From: Patescibacteria group bacterium
GTDB taxonomy: Bacteria > Patescibacteriota > Patescibacteriia > CAIXNZ01
Direction of reading: 5' to 3'
Length of the DNA stretch: 64,000 nt
Assembly: GCA_028714455.1 (NCBI GenBank)
Contig: JAQTMG010000003.1
Span: 39,834 to 103,833 of the forward strand
Below are positions 1 to 7,199 of the stretch, in pieces. Each line of letters begins with the position of its first letter. The first letter of the stretch is position 1. A model generated the notes under the pieces. The model was not told the origin of the DNA and did no database searches. It was given only the letters and a program-made list of their open reading frames with translations. A program made the position numbers and the translations under genes.

Positions 1-438
1 CTTGATAATCTCATCCAATTTAGCTTTAATTTGCTCATCAGATATTGTTACTCCGACTTGGTCGGCTATTTTATACATGAAAATATTATCAATCAGCCGA
101 TCTTCCAAAACCGTCTTTTTGAGCTGCGCCAGATCCGGAATATTGGTAAACCCAGCCTTTCTTTGAATATTGAGATATTTATCAGCGGCTTCAAAATTTC
201 TCAAGTAATCATAAAATGGAATAAATTGGCCGTTGACGCGAGCGGCCGGGTACGGAAAAATTTTCGTGATTGCTTCGATGGCGGCGCCGTTCCAGTCAAG
301 TTTATAAATGCCCCAAGCCACCACACCTAAAAATAAAATCAGTAAGATAAGCAAGCCGGCAATTATTCCCGAAATAAATTGAAAAAGAGTTAGTTTCTTC
401 TGCTCTTTTTTGAAAGGATTTTGTAATTTGAATTTCAT
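1..438 (-). CDS. Partial (3'-truncated at window edge) membrane-anchored SurA-N-like chaperone / PpiC-type PPIase-like protein
   Basis: Reverse-complement translation from ATG at 438-436 gives MKFKLQNPFKKEQKKLTLFQFISGIIAGLLILLILFLG.. (N-terminal TM anchor) followed by a SurA-N-like region. It is antisense to the listed +ORF 31..330, which is therefore spurious. Confidence 0.4.
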   Translation of the reverse strand, partial: MKFKLQNPFKKEQKKLTLFQFISGIIAGLLILLILFLGVVAWGIYKLDWNGAAIEAITKIFPYPAARVNGQFIPFYDYLRNFEAADKYLNIQRKAGFTNIPDLAQLKKTVLEDRLIDNIFMYKIADQVGVTISDEQIKAKLDEIIK

Positions 439-442
439 TTGG

Positions 443-835
443 TTATGACTTAAAAAAATAAGACCACCATTTTGATGGATTAGTTTTGTTTGCTTCTAAC
501 AGCGAGGTGTTTTGGGCCTCTGGATTTTCGTTCTGCGGCATGACGACCAGATTTTCACCCGGTTTTTTTAGGCCCATTTTAAGCTTGGCCTCCTGTTCAA
601 TGAAAGTGTCTGACTTGAGATAATCAATCAGCTGACTTAAATCTTGATTTTGCTTCTCAAGATGGCCTATCTCCCCCTGCAAATCGTTAATCTCTGAATT
701 AACGCGATTGCTTTTAATTGTCCCTTCGGCCAGGTAGAATAAGACGGCCAAGAAAATGACAAAGCAAAAAATAAGAAAAAATTTAGAGAATAATAAATCT
801 GGAAAAATTGCTTTTTTTCTCCTGCTTTGCATCAT
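443..835 (-). CDS. Septum formation initiator FtsB/DivIC-like protein (TM + coiled coil)
   Basis: 130 aa with an N-terminal TM segment (LIFCFVIFLAVLFYL), followed by a coiled-coil stretch (NDLQGEIGHLEKQNQDLSQLIDYLK) typical of FtsB/DivIC. Confidence 0.5.
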   Translation of the reverse strand: MMQSRRKKAIFPDLLFSKFFLIFCFVIFLAVLFYLAEGTIKSNRVNSEINDLQGEIGHLEKQNQDLSQLIDYLKSDTFIEQEAKLKMGLKKPGENLVVMPQNENPEAQNTSLLEANKTNPSKWWSYFFKS

Positions 836-858
836 ATATACGCTATTATACTTCTTTT

Positions 859-1599
859 TTAGCGCCTTGTAAACTTAACTTCCTCCATTTCGTCATCGTC
901 CTTTTTATCGCTCTTTTTCAGCTCTTCCGCCAGCATTTTCTTCAGACTTAATTCGCCATAAGTCTCGCTGTACTCCTCAACCAGCTCCGCCAGATTATAA
1001 TCGTCATACTCGGCCATCTTGTCTTGGTTCAAAAATTCATCGGTTAATTTTTCTTTGGCCGCTTCACCGACATTGCTCACCTTTTTAACTTCTAACTTTT
1101 TGCCGGTATCTTGCCTAATCATGTCAACTAGCGTCTGGTTCACCCTGGCCACCTCCGTTATATTTTTGACTACCAGGTCAACGCTCTCGGCCTTAATCCT
1201 GATGGTGCCTAATTTCAAAACTGATTGCCAAAAGCCCTTAACCGAATAAGAGATATCAGAAATTTTTTCATAAGGTATCTCGGAAACGATTTTCTCAAAA
1301 AATCCTTTTTGATCTATGTCAACCACGCGCTGGCTGGTTATCAAAAAAATATTATTGTACCAAATATAAAATTCGCGACTGCCGTAGACTATGCCGGTCA
1401 GCAATAAGGCGCAAAACAAAGCCACGCCGATCTGATCAAGATAGTTAAAAAGCGGATACATCAGAAAAAATGAAAGAAAAATAATCACGACCGTGACGAG
1501 AATCTGTTTCGCGTAGCCGATCAGATGATGGTGTAAAAGCATAATCGGTTCTTCGTCTTCTCGCAGGCTTACTTTTTTAAGAAATTTTTCATTGTTCAT
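859..1599 (-). CDS. Membrane protein with bacterial PH (YdbT/bPH_2-like) domain and acidic C-terminus
   Basis: Two TM helices near the N-terminus, a PH-like region (FLITSQRVVDIDQKGFFEKIVSEIPYEKISDISYSV) and a D/E-rich tail. Confidence 0.4.
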   Translation of the reverse strand: MNNEKFLKKVSLREDEEPIMLLHHHLIGYAKQILVTVVIIFLSFFLMYPLFNYLDQIGVALFCALLLTGIVYGSREFYIWYNNIFLITSQRVVDIDQKGFFEKIVSEIPYEKISDISYSVKGFWQSVLKLGTIRIKAESVDLVVKNITEVARVNQTLVDMIRQDTGKKLEVKKVSNVGEAAKEKLTDEFLNQDKMAEYDDYNLAELVEEYSETYGELSLKKMLAEELKKSDKKDDDEMEEVKFTRR

Positions 1600-1604
1600 A
1601 TTTT

Positions 1605-2777
1605 TTATATAATATTTTTTTCGCTGAATTTGTAGCGCTCGACGCCTTTAATCGCCGCTTCAACTAATTTCTCAAAATCCCAATTTTTTTCTCTCTCAAG
1701 AATTAATTGGAGATTGGCGCGGGTGACCGGATGTTTGGGCATGTAAAGCGAACAGCAATCGTCAAAGGGTTGGATTGAAAGATTGTAGGTCTCTATTTTT
1801 CTGGCGATTTCGATTATCTCTTCTTTATTAAAACCAATCAGCGGCCTGAAAATCGGCAGGCTCGTTACTTGCGAAACGGCTGTTATGTTTTCAACCGTCT
1901 GGGAAGCCACTTGGCCCAGACTTTCGCCAGTCACCAGGGCTAAAATTCCTTCCGTGACTGCGATTTTCTGCGCCAGGCGCAACATCATTCTTCTGTAAAA
2001 TATAACTCGATAGTCATCTGGCGCAACTTTCAATATCTCTTTTTGAATTTCCAAAAAAGGTACTACATACAGCAAGGAATCGTGTTGGTAGCCATTTAGG
2101 ACATTTACTAATTCTTTAACCTTCTCCCTGTTTTCTTTCGGCGTTGCCGGATAAGAATCAAAATGCACGAAAACTATCCGCGCTCCCCTTTTCTGCATTA
2201 AATTAGCGGCGACTGGCGAATCAATACCGCCAGATATCAGACAAAGTAAGGAACCGGAAACGCCGACTGGCAAACCGCCGCGGCCAGAAATTTTGTCAAA
2301 ATAGAGAAAGGCGTAATTATCCACGATGTCTACAAAGCAATTCAAATCAAAATCTGTCAAATCGACTTTCTTTTTCATTTTCTTCATAACAAACTCACCC
2401 AGTTTCTCGGCTATCTTTTGTGAATTGAGAAAAAAACTTTTCTGCGCCCGCCTGACCGTAATTCTGAAAGTCTTGAATTTCTTTTTCTTGACCAAACCGT
2501 AAAGATCTTTCTTTATAATTTCCAGATCCTGCTCCGAATTCCAGGCAAAAGCAAAATATTCAATACCAAACACCTTTTCCAGCTGGTGCTTAATTTTTTC
2601 TAAATCAAAATTCTCTTCTGTCAAAATAATGATCCTGCCGTGCTGATGTCTTAACCAAATCTTACCAAAATCTTTCAGGGCTCTTCTGATGTTTTCAATC
2701 AACTTTGCCTCAAAAAATTTGCGGTTGCCCAGTTTCAGCGCTATCTCGCCATAATGGATGACTATGTATCTCTGCAT
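1605..2777 (-). CDS. thiI: tRNA 4-thiouridine synthase / tRNA sulfurtransferase ThiI
   Basis: THUMP-like N-terminus and a PP-loop motif (SGGIDSPVAA) over 390 aa, the typical ThiI architecture. Confidence 0.85.
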   Translation of the reverse strand: MQRYIVIHYGEIALKLGNRKFFEAKLIENIRRALKDFGKIWLRHQHGRIIILTEENFDLEKIKHQLEKVFGIEYFAFAWNSEQDLEIIKKDLYGLVKKKKFKTFRITVRRAQKSFFLNSQKIAEKLGEFVMKKMKKKVDLTDFDLNCFVDIVDNYAFLYFDKISGRGGLPVGVSGSLLCLISGGIDSPVAANLMQKRGARIVFVHFDSYPATPKENREKVKELVNVLNGYQHDSLLYVVPFLEIQKEILKVAPDDYRVIFYRRMMLRLAQKIAVTEGILALVTGESLGQVASQTVENITAVSQVTSLPIFRPLIGFNKEEIIEIARKIETYNLSIQPFDDCCSLYMPKHPVTRANLQLILEREKNWDFEKLVEAAIKGVERYKFSEKNII

Positions 2778-3061
2778 AAAATTAAATGGGAACTAAAGGA
2801 GATAAAAGAGCTACGGGATAATAGGGACGATAGGATAATAGGTTAAAAAGTTTTTACCTTTTTACCAACCCTTAGCTCTTATTAATCAACTATTTATCTT
2901 AATTCTCTATCCTATTTTCTATATTCTTAATAGTTATTTTAGCAAAATTTAAGCAAAAACAAAAGAGCCACGGCAAATGCCAAGCTCTTTTTCTTATATG
3001 ATTCTCTCAATTTATTGAGAGCTAAATCGTCAACAAGTTGGCAAAAATCAGTTGAGTGAAA

Positions 3062-4387
3062 TCAAGTTGGATTTAAAATCTCCTTCAAAACTTCTCTGGC
3101 AACTTTTCTGTCATCCCAGGGCATTACTTTGCCATTTGATTTAATACTCTGCTCTGTCCCCTTACCAGTGATTAAAACTAAATCCCCTGTTTGCGCCATT
3201 AGACAAGCTTTCTTGATGGCTAATCGCCTATCTGGCTCTTTAATCAAATCAACTTTTTCCGTCTTACCACCCTCTTTTGCGCCAACCGCGATTTCATTAA
3301 GAATTTTTTCAGTCGGCTCATCATAAGAATCCTCGTCGGTCAAAATCGTAATGTCCGCATTTTGGGCAGAAATTTTTCCCAGAACCGGTCTCTTGGCGTG
3401 ATCGCGCACGCCGCCAGCCGAACCAAAGACATGGATAATTCTTTTTATGGGAAACATTTTTAAAGTTTTAAAAAGCGTGCCAAAGGAAACGGGATCGTGC
3501 GCGTAATCGACCAGCACGAAAAATTTCTGCCCCTCATCAATCACCTCCATTCTGCCGGGGATACCAATCACCTCGGCCATAGCGTCTCGGCATTGCACTA
3601 GACTTAGGCCAAAATGCAGACCGACGGTAACCGCGGCCAGCGAGTTATAAACGTTAAACCGGCCAATCAACTTAGTTTTGAACTCAATGCCCGAGACCAT
3701 GAATTCCGTGCCATTGGCCGCCGGCTTCACATCGCCTGCCAAAACTAATTTGGTTTGAACAAGCTGCCTGTTAAACGTAATGCCGTAGCCATATTTTTTG
3801 TCAGCGCTAAAATCATGAAAATATTCCCAACTAGGATCGTCAAGATTTACAATAATCGCTTTTTCAATTTCTTGGCCGTTAATTTTTTTCTTGGAAAATT
3901 TTGAAAGCGAGGCGAAAAGTTCGCCCTTGGCTTTTTGATAATTTTCAAACGAGCCGTGAGCCTCAATATGTTCGGGTGTTAAATTAGTAAAAACCGCCAC
4001 GTCATAATTAATGCCCCAGTTGCGATTTTGCATTATGCCTTCAGACGAGGTTTCAACCACCGCATATTTGCAACCCGCCTTGACCATCTCGCGCAGCATT
4101 TTTTGCAGTTTTGTTCTGCCCTGCATGGTCATGTGAGTGGTGTTAATCCATTCTTTGTCAGCAATTTTAAAATTGGCCGTGGTCATCAAACCGACTTTCT
4201 CATTATTCGCGCTCAAAATTTGGTAAATTAAATTGCTAGTCGTTGTTTTGCCATTAGTACCGGTTACGCCGATCACGATCAGTTCTTTTGAAGGAAAGCC
4301 ATAAACCAGATTCGCCAAAATCGCCCAAAGCTTGTGGTATTGGTTAACTAAATTTTTCGGTATTAATTTTTTGATTAAAGACTTCAT
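3062..4387 (-). CDS. murE: Mur ligase, most consistent with MurE (UDP-MurNAc-L-Ala-D-Glu:diamino acid ligase)
   Basis: GVTGTNGKTTT P-loop. MurE-like central motifs are present (TTANFKI..TTHMT..ETSSEG..VFTNLTPEHIEAHGSFENY). Near the C-terminus a LTDEDSYDEP segment resembles the MurE DNPR region. Confidence 0.7.
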   Translation of the reverse strand: MKSLIKKLIPKNLVNQYHKLWAILANLVYGFPSKELIVIGVTGTNGKTTTSNLIYQILSANNEKVGLMTTANFKIADKEWINTTHMTMQGRTKLQKMLREMVKAGCKYAVVETSSEGIMQNRNWGINYDVAVFTNLTPEHIEAHGSFENYQKAKGELFASLSKFSKKKINGQEIEKAIIVNLDDPSWEYFHDFSADKKYGYGITFNRQLVQTKLVLAGDVKPAANGTEFMVSGIEFKTKLIGRFNVYNSLAAVTVGLHFGLSLVQCRDAMAEVIGIPGRMEVIDEGQKFFVLVDYAHDPVSFGTLFKTLKMFPIKRIIHVFGSAGGVRDHAKRPVLGKISAQNADITILTDEDSYDEPTEKILNEIAVGAKEGGKTEKVDLIKEPDRRLAIKKACLMAQTGDLVLITGKGTEQSIKSNGKVMPWDDRKVAREVLKEILNPT

Positions 4388-4498
4388 AATAAATCAAATT
4401 TATCATAAATCCCAGAATATTTCAACCCATAATCTTGACTGAATTTCTTAATAATGATAATGTCAAATCAGAACATTAAAAACAAAAAGGAGGAAAAA

Positions 4499-4867
4499 AT
4501 GAACGAAAGAAACGATTGGATAGTAAAGATACCTCACTTGTTAAAACCCGCGGCAATAATCGCTATCATTGGTGTAGTCGGGTTGGCTATTTTGGGAATG
4601 GTTCCAAGGCCCCCCTATTCTCATGCGAGCCAGATTGCTCCGAAACCATCATTTGAAATTTCAGTACTCGTTCCTGACCGGGTGATTTTAATCAAGGCGC
4701 ATCAACAGATGCTAAGCACCCGTATCGTAGATACCACAGACAATTTGAGTCTTGGAATCAAGGAAATTTCCAAGAAGTACGACATCAAAAACATTGCGGC
4801 AATTAACCAATATATTGATAACGGCTCGGTGACGGGTTCATTGCTGGTCATTGTTGAGCCAAAGTAA
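4499..4867 (+). CDS. Hypothetical small membrane-anchored/secreted protein
   Basis: AGGAGG RBS 8 nt upstream of ATG 4499 and one TM segment (AAIIAIIGVVGLAILG). The ORF track shows a longer form from 4454. Confidence 0.4.
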   Translation: MNERNDWIVKIPHLLKPAAIIAIIGVVGLAILGMVPRPPYSHASQIAPKPSFEISVLVPDRVILIKAHQQMLSTRIVDTTDNLSLGIKEISKKYDIKNIAAINQYIDNGSVTGSLLVIVEPK

Positions 4868-4883
4868 AAATTTTGCCATCAAA

Positions 4884-4910
4884 GGCGGAAGCAATTCCGC
4901 CTTTTTTATT
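4884..4910 (+). terminator. Rho-independent terminator
   Basis: Perfect hairpin GGCGGAAGCAATTCCGCC followed by TTTTTTATTTTT. Confidence 0.6.
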
Positions 4911-5029
4911 TTTAAATCTTGACTAAAGTTGAAAAATATATTAAAATACGAAGGCAGTATTGTTAACAAAAATCTTTATTTTTGTTATACTTATTTTAAC
5001 CAATTACTGGTTATTTTTTGTTTCAGCAT

Positions 5030-5104
5030 CGCGGGGTAGAGCAGTGGCAGCTCGCCGGGCCCATAACCCGGAGGTCGCGGGTTCAAATCCCGCCCCCGCA
5101 ACCA
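5030..5104 (+). tRNA. Initiator tRNA-fMet (anticodon CAT)
   Basis: Cloverleaf with a C1:A72 mismatch, three G-C pairs in the anticodon stem, loop CCCATAA, T-arm GCGGG-TTCAAAT-CCCGC and an encoded CCA. It is near-identical in architecture to E. coli tRNA-fMet. Confidence 0.85.
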
Positions 5105-5307
5105 GATTCATGGTGGGGGTTTCCGCCGTAGGCGGACCCGCCTCTGGCGGGCAAATCCCGCCCCCGCAACCAGATTCATGGTGGGGGTTTCCGCCGTAGG
5201 CGGACCCGCCTCTGGCGGGCAAATCCCGCCCCCGCAACCAGATTCCTGGTGGGGGTTTCCGCCGTAGGCGGACCCGCCTCTGGCGGGCAAATCCCGCCCC
5301 CGCAACA
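5105..5307 (+). repeat. Three tandem 68-nt direct repeats, each ending in the last 20 nt of tRNA-fMet (AAATCCCGCCCCCGCAACCA)
   Basis: Units at 5105-5172, 5173-5240 and 5241-5307. The third has an A>C change and lacks the CCA. Each unit is GATTCATGGTGGGGGTTTCCGCCGTAGGCGGACCCGCCTCTGGCGGGC plus the tRNA 3' end. Confidence 0.9.
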
Positions 5308-5327
5308 ATGAAAATTAAAATTATTTA

Positions 5328-5400
5328 GATCCGGTAGCTCAGTTGGTAGAGCACCTGCCTTTTAAGCAGGGGGTCCTGGGTTCAATCCCCAGCCGGATCA
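5328..5400 (+). tRNA. tRNA-Lys (anticodon TTT)
   Basis: GATCCGG acceptor, GCTC/GAGC D-stem, anticodon loop CTTTTAA, T-arm CTGGG-TTCAATC-CCCAG; no CCA encoded. Confidence 0.9.
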
Positions 5401-5606
5401 TAGGTTAATGGCTTGCCAAGACTGGCAAGCTTTTTGCGACCCCCTGCTTTATCAAAGCTACACAAAGAAGTCCTGCCTGCCCGCCGTAACGAAGTGAAGG
5501 CGGGGGTTCAATCCCCAGCCGGATCATAGGTTAATAGCTTGCCAAGACTGGCAAGCTTTTTGCGACCCCCTGCTTTATCAAAGCTACACAAAGAAGTCCT
5601 GCCTGC
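5401..5606 (+). repeat. Duplicated ~100-nt segment (tRNA-Lys 3' half + 80-nt downstream unit containing a terminator hairpin)
   Basis: The 80-nt unit TAGGTTAAT(G/A)GCTTGCCAAGACTGGCAAGCTTTTTGCGACCCCCTGCTTTATCAAAGCTACACAAAGAAGTCCTGCCTGCC appears at 5401-5480 and 5527-5606. Between the two copies a second copy of the tRNA 3' end (GGGGTTCAATCCCCAGCCGGATCA, 5503-5526) is preceded by a CCCGCC..GGCGGG hairpin. Confidence 0.85.
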
Positions 5607-5637
5607 CTCTAGCGAAGGCAGACCGGATTATTATAAG

Positions 5638-5664
5638 AATTCCCCCGTCACGGGGAATTTTTTG
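5638..5664 (+). terminator. Rho-independent terminator
   Basis: ATTCCCCCGTCACGGGGAAT hairpin followed by TTTTTT. Confidence 0.55.
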
Positions 5665-5751
5665 ATATTGACATTATCAAAATAATGTGCTAGAATTATT
5701 AATTAGTTGACAGAATCAAAACCAAAAATAAAATCCAAAAGGAGGGAAAAG

Positions 5752-6456
5752 ATGAGGACATTTACCGTAATCACTTCTTTAACCGACGGAGTTCTGAAGC
5801 ATGAAATTTTCGATTTCCTCATCCCCAAAAAGAATGAGGAACGGGCGGGAGAATGGTTTCTCCCTTTCGGTTCCACGCGGATTCCTCTTGGCAAGAGGGA
5901 TCTGGACAAGCTCCTGCAAACTGGCTGGAAGAAAATCCCGTGTTCTGCCAGGGGTGAGAGAAGGTGGAGCGGCCAGAAATCGGCCCAACCGCTGATCTGC
6001 GACAAGTGCGGAGAAAAATATGGCAACTGGCAGCCTTACAAAATCGGATTCGAATGCTTTCACCCGGCAAACGGCGAGATGGTCTTGAGCGACAAAATCA
6101 TCAGTAACGCCTTCTGCCTAAAACTGCGCGACAAGTACACGGAAGAGTACAGCGGTAAGCTTCTGCTTGTCGCGCCTGACAAGGAGCAGGAGGAAGCGCT
6201 CATTCACTGGGATCTCTCGGATCATGCGGCGCTCTTCGAAGATGGGCGAATCATAGCCCAAGACACCTGGCCGTTTCGAACCAACCATTATCTCGTTGCT
6301 CTGAAGCCAGGTTCGAGCCTGCCCGCCATCAAGTCTCATGAACAATCCGCCGCTTACACTCTGGTTCTTTCTTTCGACGGCAACAGCGTCCACGTGACCA
6401 AAAAAGAGTTGGTTGCGAGACAAGAAGTCTCTGACCAGGCTCAAATCTCGGCCTAA
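5752..6456 (+). CDS. Hypothetical protein with Cys cluster (CDKCGEKYGNW..ECFHP), in a GC-rich island
   Basis: AGGAGGG RBS before ATG 5752. Local GC content is clearly above the window average and no known family was recognised. The ORF track gives a longer form from 5707. Confidence 0.5.
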   Translation: MRTFTVITSLTDGVLKHEIFDFLIPKKNEERAGEWFLPFGSTRIPLGKRDLDKLLQTGWKKIPCSARGERRWSGQKSAQPLICDKCGEKYGNWQPYKIGFECFHPANGEMVLSDKIISNAFCLKLRDKYTEEYSGKLLLVAPDKEQEEALIHWDLSDHAALFEDGRIIAQDTWPFRTNHYLVALKPGSSLPAIKSHEQSAAYTLVLSFDGNSVHVTKKELVARQEVSDQAQISA

Positions 6457-6465
6457 GACCAAAAA

Positions 6466-6503
6466 AACAAAAGCCCCTCACTTCCTAGAGCGAGGGGCTT
6501 TTA
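6466..6503. terminator. Bidirectional rho-independent terminator between convergent genes
   Basis: AAAAGCCCCTCAC..GAGGGGCTTTT hairpin flanked by A-run and T-run. Confidence 0.6.
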
Positions 6504-6511
6504 AAATTATA

Positions 6512-7063
6512 TTATTCCATTATAAATACGGCGGCGGCCAGAACAGTGGTCCAAAGTCCGTCTTTATTCCCTTGAGCCGATTGGAAAAAATTAGTGGTTT
6601 TAAAAATATGTCCGCTGGCCTTATATTCTTGTTCCCTCTCCTCCCAGGCCTTGCTGGAATCAAATTCCACGCCCAGTGTCGTAGCTAACATGGTGGCCGC
6701 CACATCCTCGGCATACTCTCCTGATTTTTCGCCGACCTCACCCGTGGCATGATGTTCAGAAAGATAACCATAGTGATTTTCCCTATCTTTTGGCACGGCC
6801 AGACCAATCGCCGCTGAAATTAATCGGTTTGGCTCATTTGTCTCCATGCGCGCCAAAACGCAAAATGTTATTTCGCCTGCTTTTAATAAATTTAAACCGT
6901 CGTCTTTGGGAATCATTTTACATTGAGGCGGAAAGATACTGGAGACTGTCACCAGATTGCATTTTTCAATGCCCGCGTTGCGCAACGCTGATTCAAAAGA
7001 GGCTAGACGATCTTTGTGAATGCCAACGCCTTTGGTGAAAAAAACTTTTGTCGGAATTAACAT
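6512..7063 (-). CDS. pdaD: Pyruvoyl-dependent arginine decarboxylase (PvlArgDC family, archaeal/chlamydial type)
   Basis: 183 aa, the size of PvlArgDC. It starts [14 protein letters not shown] and contains the self-cleavage site motif [10 protein letters not shown] (Ser-Ser serinolysis site of PdaD/AaxB). GC content is elevated. Confidence 0.6.
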   Translation of the reverse strand: MLIPTKVFFTKGVGIHKDRLASFESALRNAGIEKCNLVTVSSIFPPQCKMIPKDDGLNLLKAGEITFCVLARMETNEPNRLISAAIGLAVPKDRENHYGYLSEHHATGEVGEKSGEYAEDVAATMLATTLGVEFDSSKAWEEREQEYKASGHIFKTTNFFQSAQGNKDGLWTTVLAAAVFIME

Positions 7064-7199
7064 TTCTTCGAGATTAAAAATTAAATCAATTTAATTATAG
7101 AACTCTCGGCCAAAATATCAATAGTTTTCGCCCTGTGGATAATTAAAAAAACGGCAAACATAAAACCGTCTCGCTAAGCGGGGCGGTTTTTTTATTATA

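Noticed and set aside
31-330. + strand ORF of 99 aa
   Set aside because: It lies antisense to a convincing minus-strand gene (1..438) whose start, TM anchor and domain are coherent. The plus-strand ORF has no RBS and an implausible composition.
5105-5307. Possible CRISPR array
   Set aside because: Repeats are directly adjacent (68-nt period) with no unique spacers, and each contains a tRNA 3' end. No cas genes are present in the window.
4960-5308. ORFs 4960..5199 (+), 5004..5237 (-) and 5108..5308 (-) with Gly/Pro/Ala-rich translations
   Set aside because: They are translations of the GC-rich tRNA-fMet gene and its tandem 3'-end repeats, not coding sequence.
7100-7130. AGTTTTCGCCC resembling the outer inverted repeat of the palindromic repeat family
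   Set aside because: It is only an 11-nt partial match with no core palindrome and no partner inverted repeat, so it is most likely chance.
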